Part shown: piece after piece, positions 30,073 through 39,297 of the stretch
Numbering within the stretch: position 1 is the stretch's first letter
How the letters are laid out: every line of letters starts with the position of its first letter
Source of the DNA: an uncultured delta proteobacterium
GTDB taxonomy: Bacteria; Desulfobacterota; Desulfobacteria; Desulfobacterales; QNYZ01
Direction: 5' to 3'
Assembly (NCBI GenBank): GCA_963845145.1
Contig: CAWJQU010000016.1
Location: 32,001-96,000, forward strand
DNA length: 64,000 nt
The notes under the pieces: model-generated
Seen by the model: only the letters and a program-made list of their open reading frames with translations
Databases searched by the model: none
Told to the model about the DNA's origin: nothing
Position numbers and translations under genes: made by a program

Positions 30073-30912
30073 ATGGACTTGAAGGTCACAGATGTCATTC
30101 GAATCATGGAATCCATCGCACCGTCATCTTTGGCCGAAGAGTGGGACAATGTCGGCTTACAAGTGGGGCGGGGCGACTGGCCGGTTCGAAGTATATGGGT
30201 CGCTTTAGATCCAACGCCCGACGTCATGGAGGCGGCCTGTAACGCGGGAGCGGATCTTCTAATCACCCACCACCCATTGATTTTTAAAGCACTTGATCGA
30301 ATTGACTTTGATACGCCTACCGGAAAGGTTATTCGGCGCGCAGCATCGAACAAGACGGCTATATTTGCGGCACACACCAATTTAGACAGTGTCCATGGGG
30401 GCTTAAACGATCTGCTTGCCCGAAAACTCGGGCTGAAAAAATGCATGTCACTATCGCCACTTTCTCACGGACTTGAGCTTCAGGATAAATCCGTCCTATC
30501 GAATGATTCGCCCACCGGCCTGGGTCGAATCGGGATGCTTCCAAAAGAAACCGTTTTGGCCCGGCTGGTATCCGATATTAAAAAAAAACTTGGCCTGGCA
30601 TCGATTCGGTTGGTGGGGGATCGCGATCTACCGGTTCGAAAGGTGGCCATCTGCACAGGTAGCGGCGGCAGCCTTATCCCGGCCTTTTTAGCCTCTGACG
30701 CCCAGGTGTTTGTCAGCGGGGATTTGTCCTATCATAACGGACGGGTGGTGGAATCAATGGGGCGGGCGATGATCGACATCGGTCATTTTGCTTCCGAACA
30801 TCTGATGGTGGAAGATTTAACCCGTCGACTGAAAGACACGCTAAAACAGATGGGTGAAAAGGCAATCGTAACCGGATGCCCTATTGAACAAGATCCTTTT
30901 TCGATCATTTGA
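30073..30912 (+). CDS. Nif3-like dinuclear metal centre protein (YqfO/YbgI family)
   Basis: AEEWDNVGLQVG, LITHHPLIF, AHTNLD, CTGSGG, IDIGHFASE. Confidence 0.95.
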   Translation: MDLKVTDVIRIMESIAPSSLAEEWDNVGLQVGRGDWPVRSIWVALDPTPDVMEAACNAGADLLITHHPLIFKALDRIDFDTPTGKVIRRAASNKTAIFAAHTNLDSVHGGLNDLLARKLGLKKCMSLSPLSHGLELQDKSVLSNDSPTGLGRIGMLPKETVLARLVSDIKKKLGLASIRLVGDRDLPVRKVAICTGSGGSLIPAFLASDAQVFVSGDLSYHNGRVVESMGRAMIDIGHFASEHLMVEDLTRRLKDTLKQMGEKAIVTGCPIEQDPFSII

Positions 30913-31019
30913 AAAGTGTTTGATTATTTAATGGATTTGCTCGTAAAGAAGAGGAAAACCCCCATATGGGGTTTATCGAAATTTGAACCGGCCGTGATCA
31001 TTCGCACCTGAAGGAGACC

Positions 31020-31752
31020 ATGTCGATAAAATTACAGATTCAACGCCTGGCGGAATTGCAAACCGTGGAGAATGACATTAGTGGAATTATCCACTTGCTG
31101 ACCAAGATCCCGGAAGAGTTGGAAACATTGGACAGTCAACTATTAGAATTTAAATTAAAAATAGAACGGGTAGAAAATAAAAGCGTCACCCTAGAAAAGC
31201 AATATCGGGACTGGGAAGGGGATAGCCAAGGCCTCTCGTCCAAGATTGAAAAGGAAAATAACAAACTCAATTCCGTAAAAAATAACAAGGAATATCAGGC
31301 GTTGCTGGCGGGAATTGAGCATTTGAAAACCGAGAGATCCGTCATTGAGGATAAAATGATCGAATCGTTGGAAATGATGGATGAAGCCAAAGCGGATCTC
31401 TCCGCGCAAAAAGGTGGAATTTAAACAGTTCGAAGCACAGCTGAACAGGCAGCGGGAAGTCATCCGTCAACAATCTGAAAAAAAAGGGCGGGAACGTGAA
31501 AAGTTAGAGAATGTCAAGGCGAATCTCGTCGGTGAAATTGAGCCCGCTGTGATAGAACGATACCAGCACGTTAAAACCCTTAAAGGACAAGGCCTGGCCA
31601 TAGCCGCCGTCCAGGACGAAGTTTGCAAGGGTTGCAATATGAATATTCCCCCCCAATTGTATAATGACTTGCAACGCTATGAAAGCCTTCTGGTGTGCCC
31701 CAATTGCCAGCGGATTATCTACCATGATCCACCGGCCGATTCCGATGGCTGA
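31020..31752 (+). CDS. coiled-coil protein with C-terminal C4 zinc ribbon (DUF164/zf-RING_7 type), 1-nt frameshift in an A5 run
   Basis: VKNNKEYQAL coiled coil; CKGCNMNIPPQ...CPNCQRIIY. Deleting one A at 31408-31412 joins the two ORFs into 243 aa. Confidence 0.9.
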
Positions 31753-31870
31753 TCCATTCTCAGCTTGAGGCTCATTGTTAAATCTTCCAGGCCATATCCG
31801 ATGGATAAACAACGATTGGGATTCCGGCTGTGGCTTGAATCCCAATGTATTTAGCGTTATATTCGGCCGA

Positions 31871-32269
<399 letters not shown>

Positions 32270-32380
32270 TGAGTACCGTAAAAGAGGTCTTTTAGGGTGA
32301 GCCTGATGCCAAAACTTAAAAAATATGTCCATCGGGGAAGGAATCACCGTTGTCGTTCTGAAGGGAGCGTTCTTTAATGG

Positions 32381-33698
32381 ATGTCATCGAACCCGGGCAA
32401 GAGGCTTGTGAAACATTCATTTAAGGCCAAAGTACGGGTATTGTCCTGCGATTTTTTGCGATGCTGTCGCTACGTTTCGCAGCTGCGCAATGATCGCGAT
32501 TATTTTACCAAGAAGCTCTATTCCCGACTGATCAGTACCTCTCAGGTTTTAGAAGATTTTCTCGATTTCCATGGGGCGAAAAATAGCACCGTCTGGTTTT
32601 TTTACCGGGAGCTATCGTCAGCCGTTCGACATCTGAGCTTAGGCGGTTACTCTCAGAAGCATATCTGTAATCGCCTGGGATTTTATACTCTACCCGATGT
32701 CGAATTATTTGAAAAAAATGGATTCAAAACCATCGATTTTATCAATGGGTGCCTCATTCGCCTTGCTCCGGTGGCCATTAAGAAGCCCGCCGTTTAAACA
32801 TCGACATGCCTAAACACTCCTTTTCATCGGCTGATTTTCCGGGAATCACCACAGGTGAGATGTTAGCCTTTGACATTAATGATGAAGCCCGGGATGAACA
32901 AAGGCGTCATGTCGTAATCATTGCCAACGAATTTTTAAAAATTGCGGAACAATTTGATAAACTGGAATTTTATAATCCCTATACACCGGCGCAGATCCGT
33001 GAGATCGTTCCAAACAAAATTAACGAAGTTGAAATTCGACGTTTTGAAATGCTGGTTCACAACCTGCAATCCTCATTTGATACCTATGTGATCTACGGCG
33101 GGTTGCGCTTTGCGGAGGTTAAATTAAAACAGCTCCGCAGTTTTTTTTCTGTCGGGTTTCATCTTCCTTCAGATGGTGGGACGATTGCTGCATTTATATG
33201 AGCGCCATCTTCATGATGCCGGATATAAAAACATCTATAAAGATGTCCAGGACCGCTTGAGTGACATTATTGATCCAATGGACCTTGCTGGATCACAGCA
33301 TCAACTACGGCATCTACTTTGTTTGTCATTATATGAACAAAGGACGGAATCTCTCTCTGGATATTTTAAAAGAGAATATGGCCCGATCTCAAATTCGCGT
33401 TGGGATACCGGTTAAACTTGGGTTTCATTCCCGTCCCAGTCTTTTGGTGGCCAAAATCGTGCAGCACTACGGCGGGCAGGTGGAATTACTGGTTAAAGAA
33501 GATCGCTTCGATGCCGGCAGTGTCCTTGATATTCAATGGGCCGGTGGAAAAATCAACAAGGAAAACATCTCCGAAGTGGTATTCGAGGGTGATTCCCGCG
33601 CCCTGCGGGATATAGAGATTTTGGCCAATGTCAATTACGGCGAAGATACCATGGGGAAGGGGGTCCCTTTGCCCAAAGAACTCGAATACTTGAGATAG
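32381..33698 (+). CDS. large protein (about 438 aa) with C-terminal HPr phosphocarrier domain; four ORF pieces from three 1-nt frameshifts
   Basis: C-terminal GFHSRPS (His15-like) and DAGSVLDI (Ser46-like). Frames join by +1 near 32780, -1 at 33166-33167 and -1 at 33283-33284. Confidence 0.8.
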
Positions 33699-33708
33699 GT
33701 CTCTTGAC

Positions 33709-34417
33709 ATGAATACGACTGCCGTTATCGTTGCCGCCGGAAAGGGCGTGCGCATGGGAAAAACGATCGGCAAACAGTTCCTCCCCCTGGGCGGGCGGGC
33801 GATTCTGGCCCACACCCTATCTGTTTTTGATAAATCCGCAATGATCGATCGAATGATTCTGGTCCTATCTCCCGATGAACGGGTGTATTGCAAAACCGAA
33901 GTGTTGTCCAAGATGACTTTGGACACCCCCCTCTCCCTGGTAAGCGGAGGCCCCACGCGACAGGAATCTGTCTACAATGGTTTAAACGCTATTCAAGAAA
34001 AAGATTCCATCGTGATTATCCATGATGGTGTGAGGCCCTTTGTTCGGCCCCACCATATTGTTGAAACCGTCGAAAAAGCACGGGAAACAGGCGCCTGCAT
34101 CCTGGCCCTGCCTGTAACGGATACATTAAAGGCAGTGGATAGTGCCCATTGCATTCAAGCAACATTGGCACGGAGCACCGTCTGGATGGCCCAAACGCCC
34201 CAGACATTTCGTTTAGAGGTTATTCGGCGGGCACATCAGTCGGCGCGCGACACCGAATACAAGGGTACCGATGATGCCCAATTGGTTGAAAGAATGGGTC
34301 TGCCGGTGACGGTTATTTCCGGAAGTCCCTGACAATATCAAAATTACCACTCCCAATGACCTGCCTCTGGCCGAGGCGATTTTGAAGCTGCGTCAAAGTT
34401 CAGCACTGCACGATTGA
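33709..34417 (+). CDS. ispD: 2-C-methyl-D-erythritol 4-phosphate cytidylyltransferase, 1-nt frameshift near the 3' end
   Basis: AAGKGVRMG, KQF, GGPTRQESV, IHDGVRP, AQTPQ, TDDAQL. Deleting one C at 34327-34329 restores the conserved NIKITTPNDL tail (235 aa). Confidence 0.95.
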
Positions 34418-34447
34418 GACCGTTTGTTCGGTGAAAGTCACAATCGT

Positions 34448-34489
34448 GAATATCGAATATCGAACAAGGAATATTGAATGTTGAAGTAT
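34448..34489. repeat. degenerate heptamer tandem repeat (GAAnnnn x6)
   Basis: gaatatc gaatatc gaacaag gaatatt gaatgtt gaagtat. Confidence 0.7.
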
Positions 34490-34542
34490 GGAATCGCTTC
34501 GCGCTTTCATTTAGGAGACTTCATGGGGTTTGGTAAATAACG

Positions 34543-35535
34543 ATGGATGGAGAGTTTGAAATGAAAAGCGATATGCCCACTTTGGCCGATGTTATGGCCG
34601 CTCGACCGAATGTTTACCGTTACTTAAAGCCGACCCCTTTGTACCATTATTCAACGCTCAGCCATTTGCTGGGGGCGGATATCTGGATTAAACATGAAAA
34701 CCATCAGCCGATCGGCGCGTTTAAAGTGCGTGGCGGTTTGAATCTGGCAGCCAATATGGATGCTGACACCCGCCGCTCCGGTCTGTATACGGCATCAACC
34801 GGCAATCATGGCCAGAGTATCGCTTTTGCTGCCCGAGCATACGGCATTGAGGCGACGATCGCTGTTCCCGAAGGCGCTAACCCCGGCAAGGTAGAGGCGA
34901 TGAAAGGTCTTGGCGGGAAAGTCGTTTTTCACGGGCCGGACTTTGACACGGCCCGAGAATGGATTATGACCGAGGCGAAAGACGCCGGAGGCTATTTTGT
35001 AGGCCCCACGGATGCCCCGCTCATTTGCGGCGTGGGCACCTATGCCCTCGAAATCGTGGAAGACCTGCCCGATGTCGAGACCATTATCGTTCCGGTGGGG
35101 GGTGGTAGCGGCGCCTGCGGTACTGCCATCGTAGCCAAAAGCATTAATCCCAAGATTGAAGTCATCGGCGCACAATCCGCACAGGCGCCGGCCATGCAGA
35201 TGAGCTGGTCTTCAGGGGAAATGAAGACCGCTCCCATGAAGACCTTTGCCGAAGGTGTTGCCACCCGGGTTCCCTTTGAAAACACCCAAGCGATCATGCG
35301 AAAGTACCTGGACGATTTTCTCCTCGTAGACGATGATGAGATTAAAAAAGCCGTTGTTATGTTGCTTCATCACACGCATAACCTGGCCGAGGGTGCCGGC
35401 GCTATACCGCTGGCGGCCGCTTGGCGTTATCGTGAAAGACTGGCTGGTAAAAAAGTGGTCCTGGTTTTAAGCGGCGGCAATATGGCCCTTGATCAACTAC
35501 AACAGATCTTGTCTACTTCGACGCTTAAAATGTGA
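34543..35535 (+). CDS. PLP-dependent threonine/serine dehydratase family protein without regulatory domain (start may be 34561)
   Basis: KHENHQPIGAFKVRGG, ASTGNHGQS, VPVGGGSG, EGAGA, LSGGN. Confidence 0.9.
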   Translation: MDGEFEMKSDMPTLADVMAARPNVYRYLKPTPLYHYSTLSHLLGADIWIKHENHQPIGAFKVRGGLNLAANMDADTRRSGLYTASTGNHGQSIAFAARAYGIEATIAVPEGANPGKVEAMKGLGGKVVFHGPDFDTAREWIMTEAKDAGGYFVGPTDAPLICGVGTYALEIVEDLPDVETIIVPVGGGSGACGTAIVAKSINPKIEVIGAQSAQAPAMQMSWSSGEMKTAPMKTFAEGVATRVPFENTQAIMRKYLDDFLLVDDDEIKKAVVMLLHHTHNLAEGAGAIPLAAAWRYRERLAGKKVVLVLSGGNMALDQLQQILSTSTLKM

Positions 35536-35556
35536 AATTATTTTTGCGCGAGCCCT
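35511..35556. repeat. single arm of the MITE/IS-end-like repeat, copy 2, overlapping the dehydratase stop codon
   Basis: ttaaaatgtgaaattatttttgcgcg (35525-35550) is identical to 14432-14457, and both are followed one base later by gccct. Confidence 0.65.
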
Positions 35557-35575
35557 CAGACATAATGGAAATAAA

Positions 35576-35837
35576 ATGAGTAACGATTATATTGAAGCGA
35601 TCCTGATCTGGTCGGAAAAAGGGCCCTCGCCTGATGTTGATATTTGGTTCACGCAACGGGGTTTAAAAGTCGCGCCCATGCGTCAAGGGCTGCTAATCAG
35701 CGGTGGCAGTATCCCGATTTAAAGAAGTGTTTCAAGTTAAACAACTTCTACCTGAAAGGCCGTTGACGTTATCGGTACCAGCTGAATTATCGGATTATGT
35801 GATGGATATATCCATTCCGAAGCCGCGACGGTTTTAA
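35576..35837 (+). CDS. small (about 86 aa) protease propeptide-like protein, 1-nt frameshift near 35705
   Basis: Reconstructed as MSNDYIEAILIW...GLKVAPMRQGLLISGAVSRFKEVFQV...LTLSVPAELSDYVMDISIPKPRRF; directly upstream of the subtilase. Confidence 0.6.
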
Positions 35838-35866
35838 GTTCCTCAAACCTTTTTCAGCAAAGGGAG

Positions 35867-37363
35867 GTGTCATCCATGAGCCCGAGAATACCGTATCAAA
35901 TAGAGACCGACCAAATACTCCCTGAGGTGCTCCAAGGGTATGTTTCGGTTAACTCCAGGGGTAAAAAAAATATTTTTGCCAGAAGGTCCTACCCTAAATC
36001 GGCCAAGGCCTATCAGGCCACACTTACGGATTTAAAACAAAGCCAACAAGCACTTGAGTCCATTGGATTCCATATTGTGGCCGAAAGCAGGCTGGGATTT
36101 GCTATTGCGGGGCCGCCCCGGGCGTTTGAAGAACTTTGCGGGGGGCAAGTGGTGACGGTCGATCGTCTCATGCATGCCGAAGGGGGTCGTGAACGGTACG
36201 TCACGCACCTCGATATTGTGGGAAATAAACAGCCACCGATGCTTGGTCATGGTAGAGCGAAATCCTCGAAAATGAAAATTGAAGGCGTTTTAATCGAGCG
36301 CCCAAGATTTCTTCAATCGGTTTTCCCATCGCCGATTCCTCCGGTTGTGAATCAATTTCATTTACGGGTGCCTGATGATGTTGCTGTTGGCTTGGGTGCT
36401 GTCAAGGCGCATCGAGATGGTTTCAGAGGCAAAGGCGTAAAGGTCTCCATGGTGGACAGCGGCCAGTATGCCCATCCGTTTTTTGCCGCCCACCACTATG
36501 ATGTGTTACCGGCGAAAAGTGTTGTTCCGGGTACGAGTCCAACCAAAGATCCGGTGGGCCACGGAACCGGTGAATCGGCCAATATATTTGCCATAGCTCC
36601 TGAGACCACGGTACAGCCGGTCAGGGCCTCTGATGAGAATGGAAACCTTGTGGGAGCGATCGGTGGATTTCTTATGGCGAAACAGGATTCCCCGGCCATT
36701 CTGACCAATTCATGGGGAGGGGATGGGCCTTATCCACCAACCGGCTCGCCGGATACGTATGATTTGGCCTGGGCGGCCGAAATTCTTGACGCCATTGAAA
36801 AGGGGATATTTGTTGTGTTTTCAGCCGGTAATGGGGGTTTTACCATCGAGCCTCAGGTACCGGGAGTGCTTGCTGCGGGTGGTGTCTACATGGCCGGGGA
36901 TCTGGGTTTACGTACATCGAACTATGCCAGCGGGTACCCAAGCCCATGGTTTCAAAATGTAACCGTCCCCGATGTTTGCGGTTTGGTCGGTTTGATTCCC
37001 AGAGCGCAGTATATCATGCTGCCGGTCCAACCGGGGTGCGAATTGGATCTGTTTGAAAGCCAGCCGACAGGCGAAGACACTGATAGTGATGGGACCACGG
37101 CCAATGATGGATGGGCGCTTTTCTCCGGGACATCGGCCGCAGCCCCTCAAATCGCAGGTATTGCGGCCCTGATTTTAAACGCCAAGCCGGATCTATTGCC
37201 CGCACAGATTACCGAGTCGATGACGAAAACGGCAATTGACATCCGTACCGGTCGTTGTCATCCGCGTTTTAACTTTCAAGCCGAAATGGGCCATGACGAC
37301 GCCACCGGTCATGGCCTGGCCGATGCTTCAGCAGCCGTACAATATGCGCTGGATCATTTTTAA
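35867..37363 (+). CDS. S8 family (subtilisin-like) serine peptidase, no obvious signal peptide (start may be 35876)
   Basis: Catalytic motifs MVDSG, HGTG, oxyanion FSAGN, SGTSAAAP. Confidence 0.92.
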   Translation: MSSMSPRIPYQIETDQILPEVLQGYVSVNSRGKKNIFARRSYPKSAKAYQATLTDLKQSQQALESIGFHIVAESRLGFAIAGPPRAFEELCGGQVVTVDRLMHAEGGRERYVTHLDIVGNKQPPMLGHGRAKSSKMKIEGVLIERPRFLQSVFPSPIPPVVNQFHLRVPDDVAVGLGAVKAHRDGFRGKGVKVSMVDSGQYAHPFFAAHHYDVLPAKSVVPGTSPTKDPVGHGTGESANIFAIAPETTVQPVRASDENGNLVGAIGGFLMAKQDSPAILTNSWGGDGPYPPTGSPDTYDLAWAAEILDAIEKGIFVVFSAGNGGFTIEPQVPGVLAAGGVYMAGDLGLRTSNYASGYPSPWFQNVTVPDVCGLVGLIPRAQYIMLPVQPGCELDLFESQPTGEDTDSDGTTANDGWALFSGTSAAAPQIAGIAALILNAKPDLLPAQITESMTKTAIDIRTGRCHPRFNFQAEMGHDDATGHGLADASAAVQYALDHF

Positions 37364-37372
37364 CCGGTTGTA

Positions 37373-38602
37373 TCAATCATGTCGTGTACGCCTCAACGCC
37401 TTTGCCAGGCGATGGCGTTGAGGTTTCAACGCAGGGGTCAAATCGTAGTCTTCGAAGTCCTGAAAGTTTTTCTCAAGCAAACTAAAAAACCGAACATCTT
37501 TAGGGTCGATAAACCAGAAAGCCATTAAATCAGCCAAATTCTTTAGCTCCCCCAGTGTATAAAAATCGATTCCAGGCGGTCCCCGTCGATACCAGGTTTC
37601 CCAGAATCCCCATATTTTCTCGATATTACCCAGGGGGATCCAGGCCGTATAGAGTGGATCATCCAATGGCAACAGGACCAGCTTATTGGAAACTTCCTTT
37701 GCCCCGCCTTTTTCTGAGAACACCTTGTCCATTCCGGCACCCAAAGGGGCCTTGTCGGTTGCACCAAAAAGATAAGCAATGTGCATCGGATTGCCCACCG
37801 TGCGTTCCAGGCGATAGGGGGCGTTATCATTCATCAAATAGGGTTCGTTGGAAAACTGGGAAAAGGATATGGGCACGCGGTTGTCCTCGGGCCATTTGAA
37901 ATCCTTCCCTGCCAGATAGACGCGATGATGGTTGTGTTGAGCCAACAATACGCCGAGGGGTTGGTGGGTTATTGCATCCAGAACAATATGAATGGCGCCA
38001 TGAATATCGAGTTCATGCCAGCCGGTGGGATTTCCGATGAGTCGGCTGCCCCATTTTTTCAGGCGTCCGATTTCAGATGGCAGGCCGCTGTAAGGAAAGA
38101 CCAGGGAATATTTTAAAAACACCAGAGACATTCGGCCTGTTTCGGTTGGCAGGACATCCGTGTAAATCCGACCATACATTTCGGGGTGAATATCATTAAT
38201 GGTGAGCGCGCGGGCGGTTTGGGCCGGGAGAAGATAATCGAGATATTGAGTGGCACTGAATTGGATATTTTTTAACATTGCCCGGCTAACCGGTTGTGTG
38301 GGGGCGGCCCGCGGATTTTTTCGGTCCCGAACCACGCATTGGGGAAGATAATCTTGGTAAAAGCTCATAGGAATATAGCCGTCCGGTGCAACGAAAATCC
38401 GGGGCTTGAATTTATCCAGGAGGCGCCGGGTCTGCGGTGCCTCCTGGGGCCAGTTTTTCATTCTGGAAGCAGAGGACGTCACATCTTTGATAAACGACGA
38501 CTCTGATTCTTCCCCAGGCGAGCATCCTATTACAATACAGATTACAATATAGAGGCCTGCCACTAAACCCAACAATCGATATATGCGCGAGAACTTATTC
38601 AT
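37373..38602 (-). CDS. hypothetical lipoprotein (409 aa)
   Basis: Basic N-terminus, hydrophobic stretch, then IVIGC lipobox-like site; long ORF with no family recognised. Confidence 0.75.
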   Translation of the reverse strand: MNKFSRIYRLLGLVAGLYIVICIVIGCSPGEESESSFIKDVTSSASRMKNWPQEAPQTRRLLDKFKPRIFVAPDGYIPMSFYQDYLPQCVVRDRKNPRAAPTQPVSRAMLKNIQFSATQYLDYLLPAQTARALTINDIHPEMYGRIYTDVLPTETGRMSLVFLKYSLVFPYSGLPSEIGRLKKWGSRLIGNPTGWHELDIHGAIHIVLDAITHQPLGVLLAQHNHHRVYLAGKDFKWPEDNRVPISFSQFSNEPYLMNDNAPYRLERTVGNPMHIAYLFGATDKAPLGAGMDKVFSEKGGAKEVSNKLVLLPLDDPLYTAWIPLGNIEKIWGFWETWYRRGPPGIDFYTLGELKNLADLMAFWFIDPKDVRFFSLLEKNFQDFEDYDLTPALKPQRHRLAKALRRTRHD

Positions 38603-38743
38603 ATATAGTAAAGATTGCCATGGTATTTTGATGTGTCAATGTGACGTTTTTCGGCGATGCGACATTCGATCGTAATTGTTTTTCGCTTGTCAAAATGGTC
38701 TTAATGCTGTTCCGGGATAAATATATATGGAACGAAATTTAGC

Positions 38744-38775
38744 TTGACGCGAAAAATTGTATACGGTATACAATT
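38744..38775 (+). promoter_or_regulatory. promoter overlapped by a perfect palindromic operator (candidate GntR site)
   Basis: TTGACG at 38744-38749; AATTGTATAC-G-GTATACAATT at 38755-38775 covers the -10 region; 35 nt upstream of the first operon gene. Confidence 0.8.
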
Positions 38776-38810
38776 ATGACATTTCTTAAATTACCAATGG
38801 GAGGAAATCC

Positions 38811-39023
38811 ATGGCTGATGTGAATGCACCGATGCCGGGTGTCATCTGCGATATCAAGGTGGAAATAGGCGATACCGTCATTGAAGATCAGGAAATACTT
38901 ACCCTTGAAGCCATGAAAATGGAAATGCCCATTGCCGCAACGGCCGCTGGGACGATCAAGGAAATTTGTTGTACAAAGGGCGGGGCCGTCCAGGGCGGTG
39001 AGGTGCTGGTTGTTATTGGATGA
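38811..39023 (+). CDS. stand-alone biotin carboxyl carrier protein (70 aa)
   Basis: APMPG, LEAMKMEMPI biotinylation motif; ggagg RBS. Confidence 0.95.
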   Translation: MADVNAPMPGVICDIKVEIGDTVIEDQEILTLEAMKMEMPIAATAAGTIKEICCTKGGAVQGGEVLVVIG

Positions 39024-39034
39024 ATTATAGAAAG

Positions 39035-39258
39035 GTTAGCCCGTTAACCGGTTGGCCTGTTAGCCGGCAGAACAGGGTTGCTACAGAAACTTTTCTATCA
39101 CCTATCTTTTCACCCATCAATGGCCAGCCGGCGAATTGGTATAATATGTAATTCATAGAGAGTGACCCATCAACGGGTTGGCACAAATTCAAACGAGCTA
39201 ACGAGCTAACGAGCTAACGAGCTAACGAGCTAACGGGCTGACGGGCTGACGGGCTAAC
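39035..39258. repeat. octamer-repeat fold-back element 1
   Basis: Left arm 4x GTTRRCCN (39035-39066); right arm 5x AACGAGCT plus 3x RACGGGCT (39192-39255); the arms are complementary. Confidence 0.9.
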
Positions 39259-39297
39259 AGATTCACCGGCCAACGATCCATATGGAGGAACAACATC

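Noticed and set aside
29931..30446. 171-aa minus-strand ORF
   Set aside because: It is antisense to the tRNA and the Nif3-like gene and has no protein motifs.
30956..30974. Short palindrome aaacccccatatggggttt before the zinc-ribbon gene
   Set aside because: It is short, imperfect and single-copy, so no function can be supported.
39192..39258. Possible CRISPR array
   Set aside because: The units are 8 nt and contiguous, with no unique spacers and no cas genes in the window.
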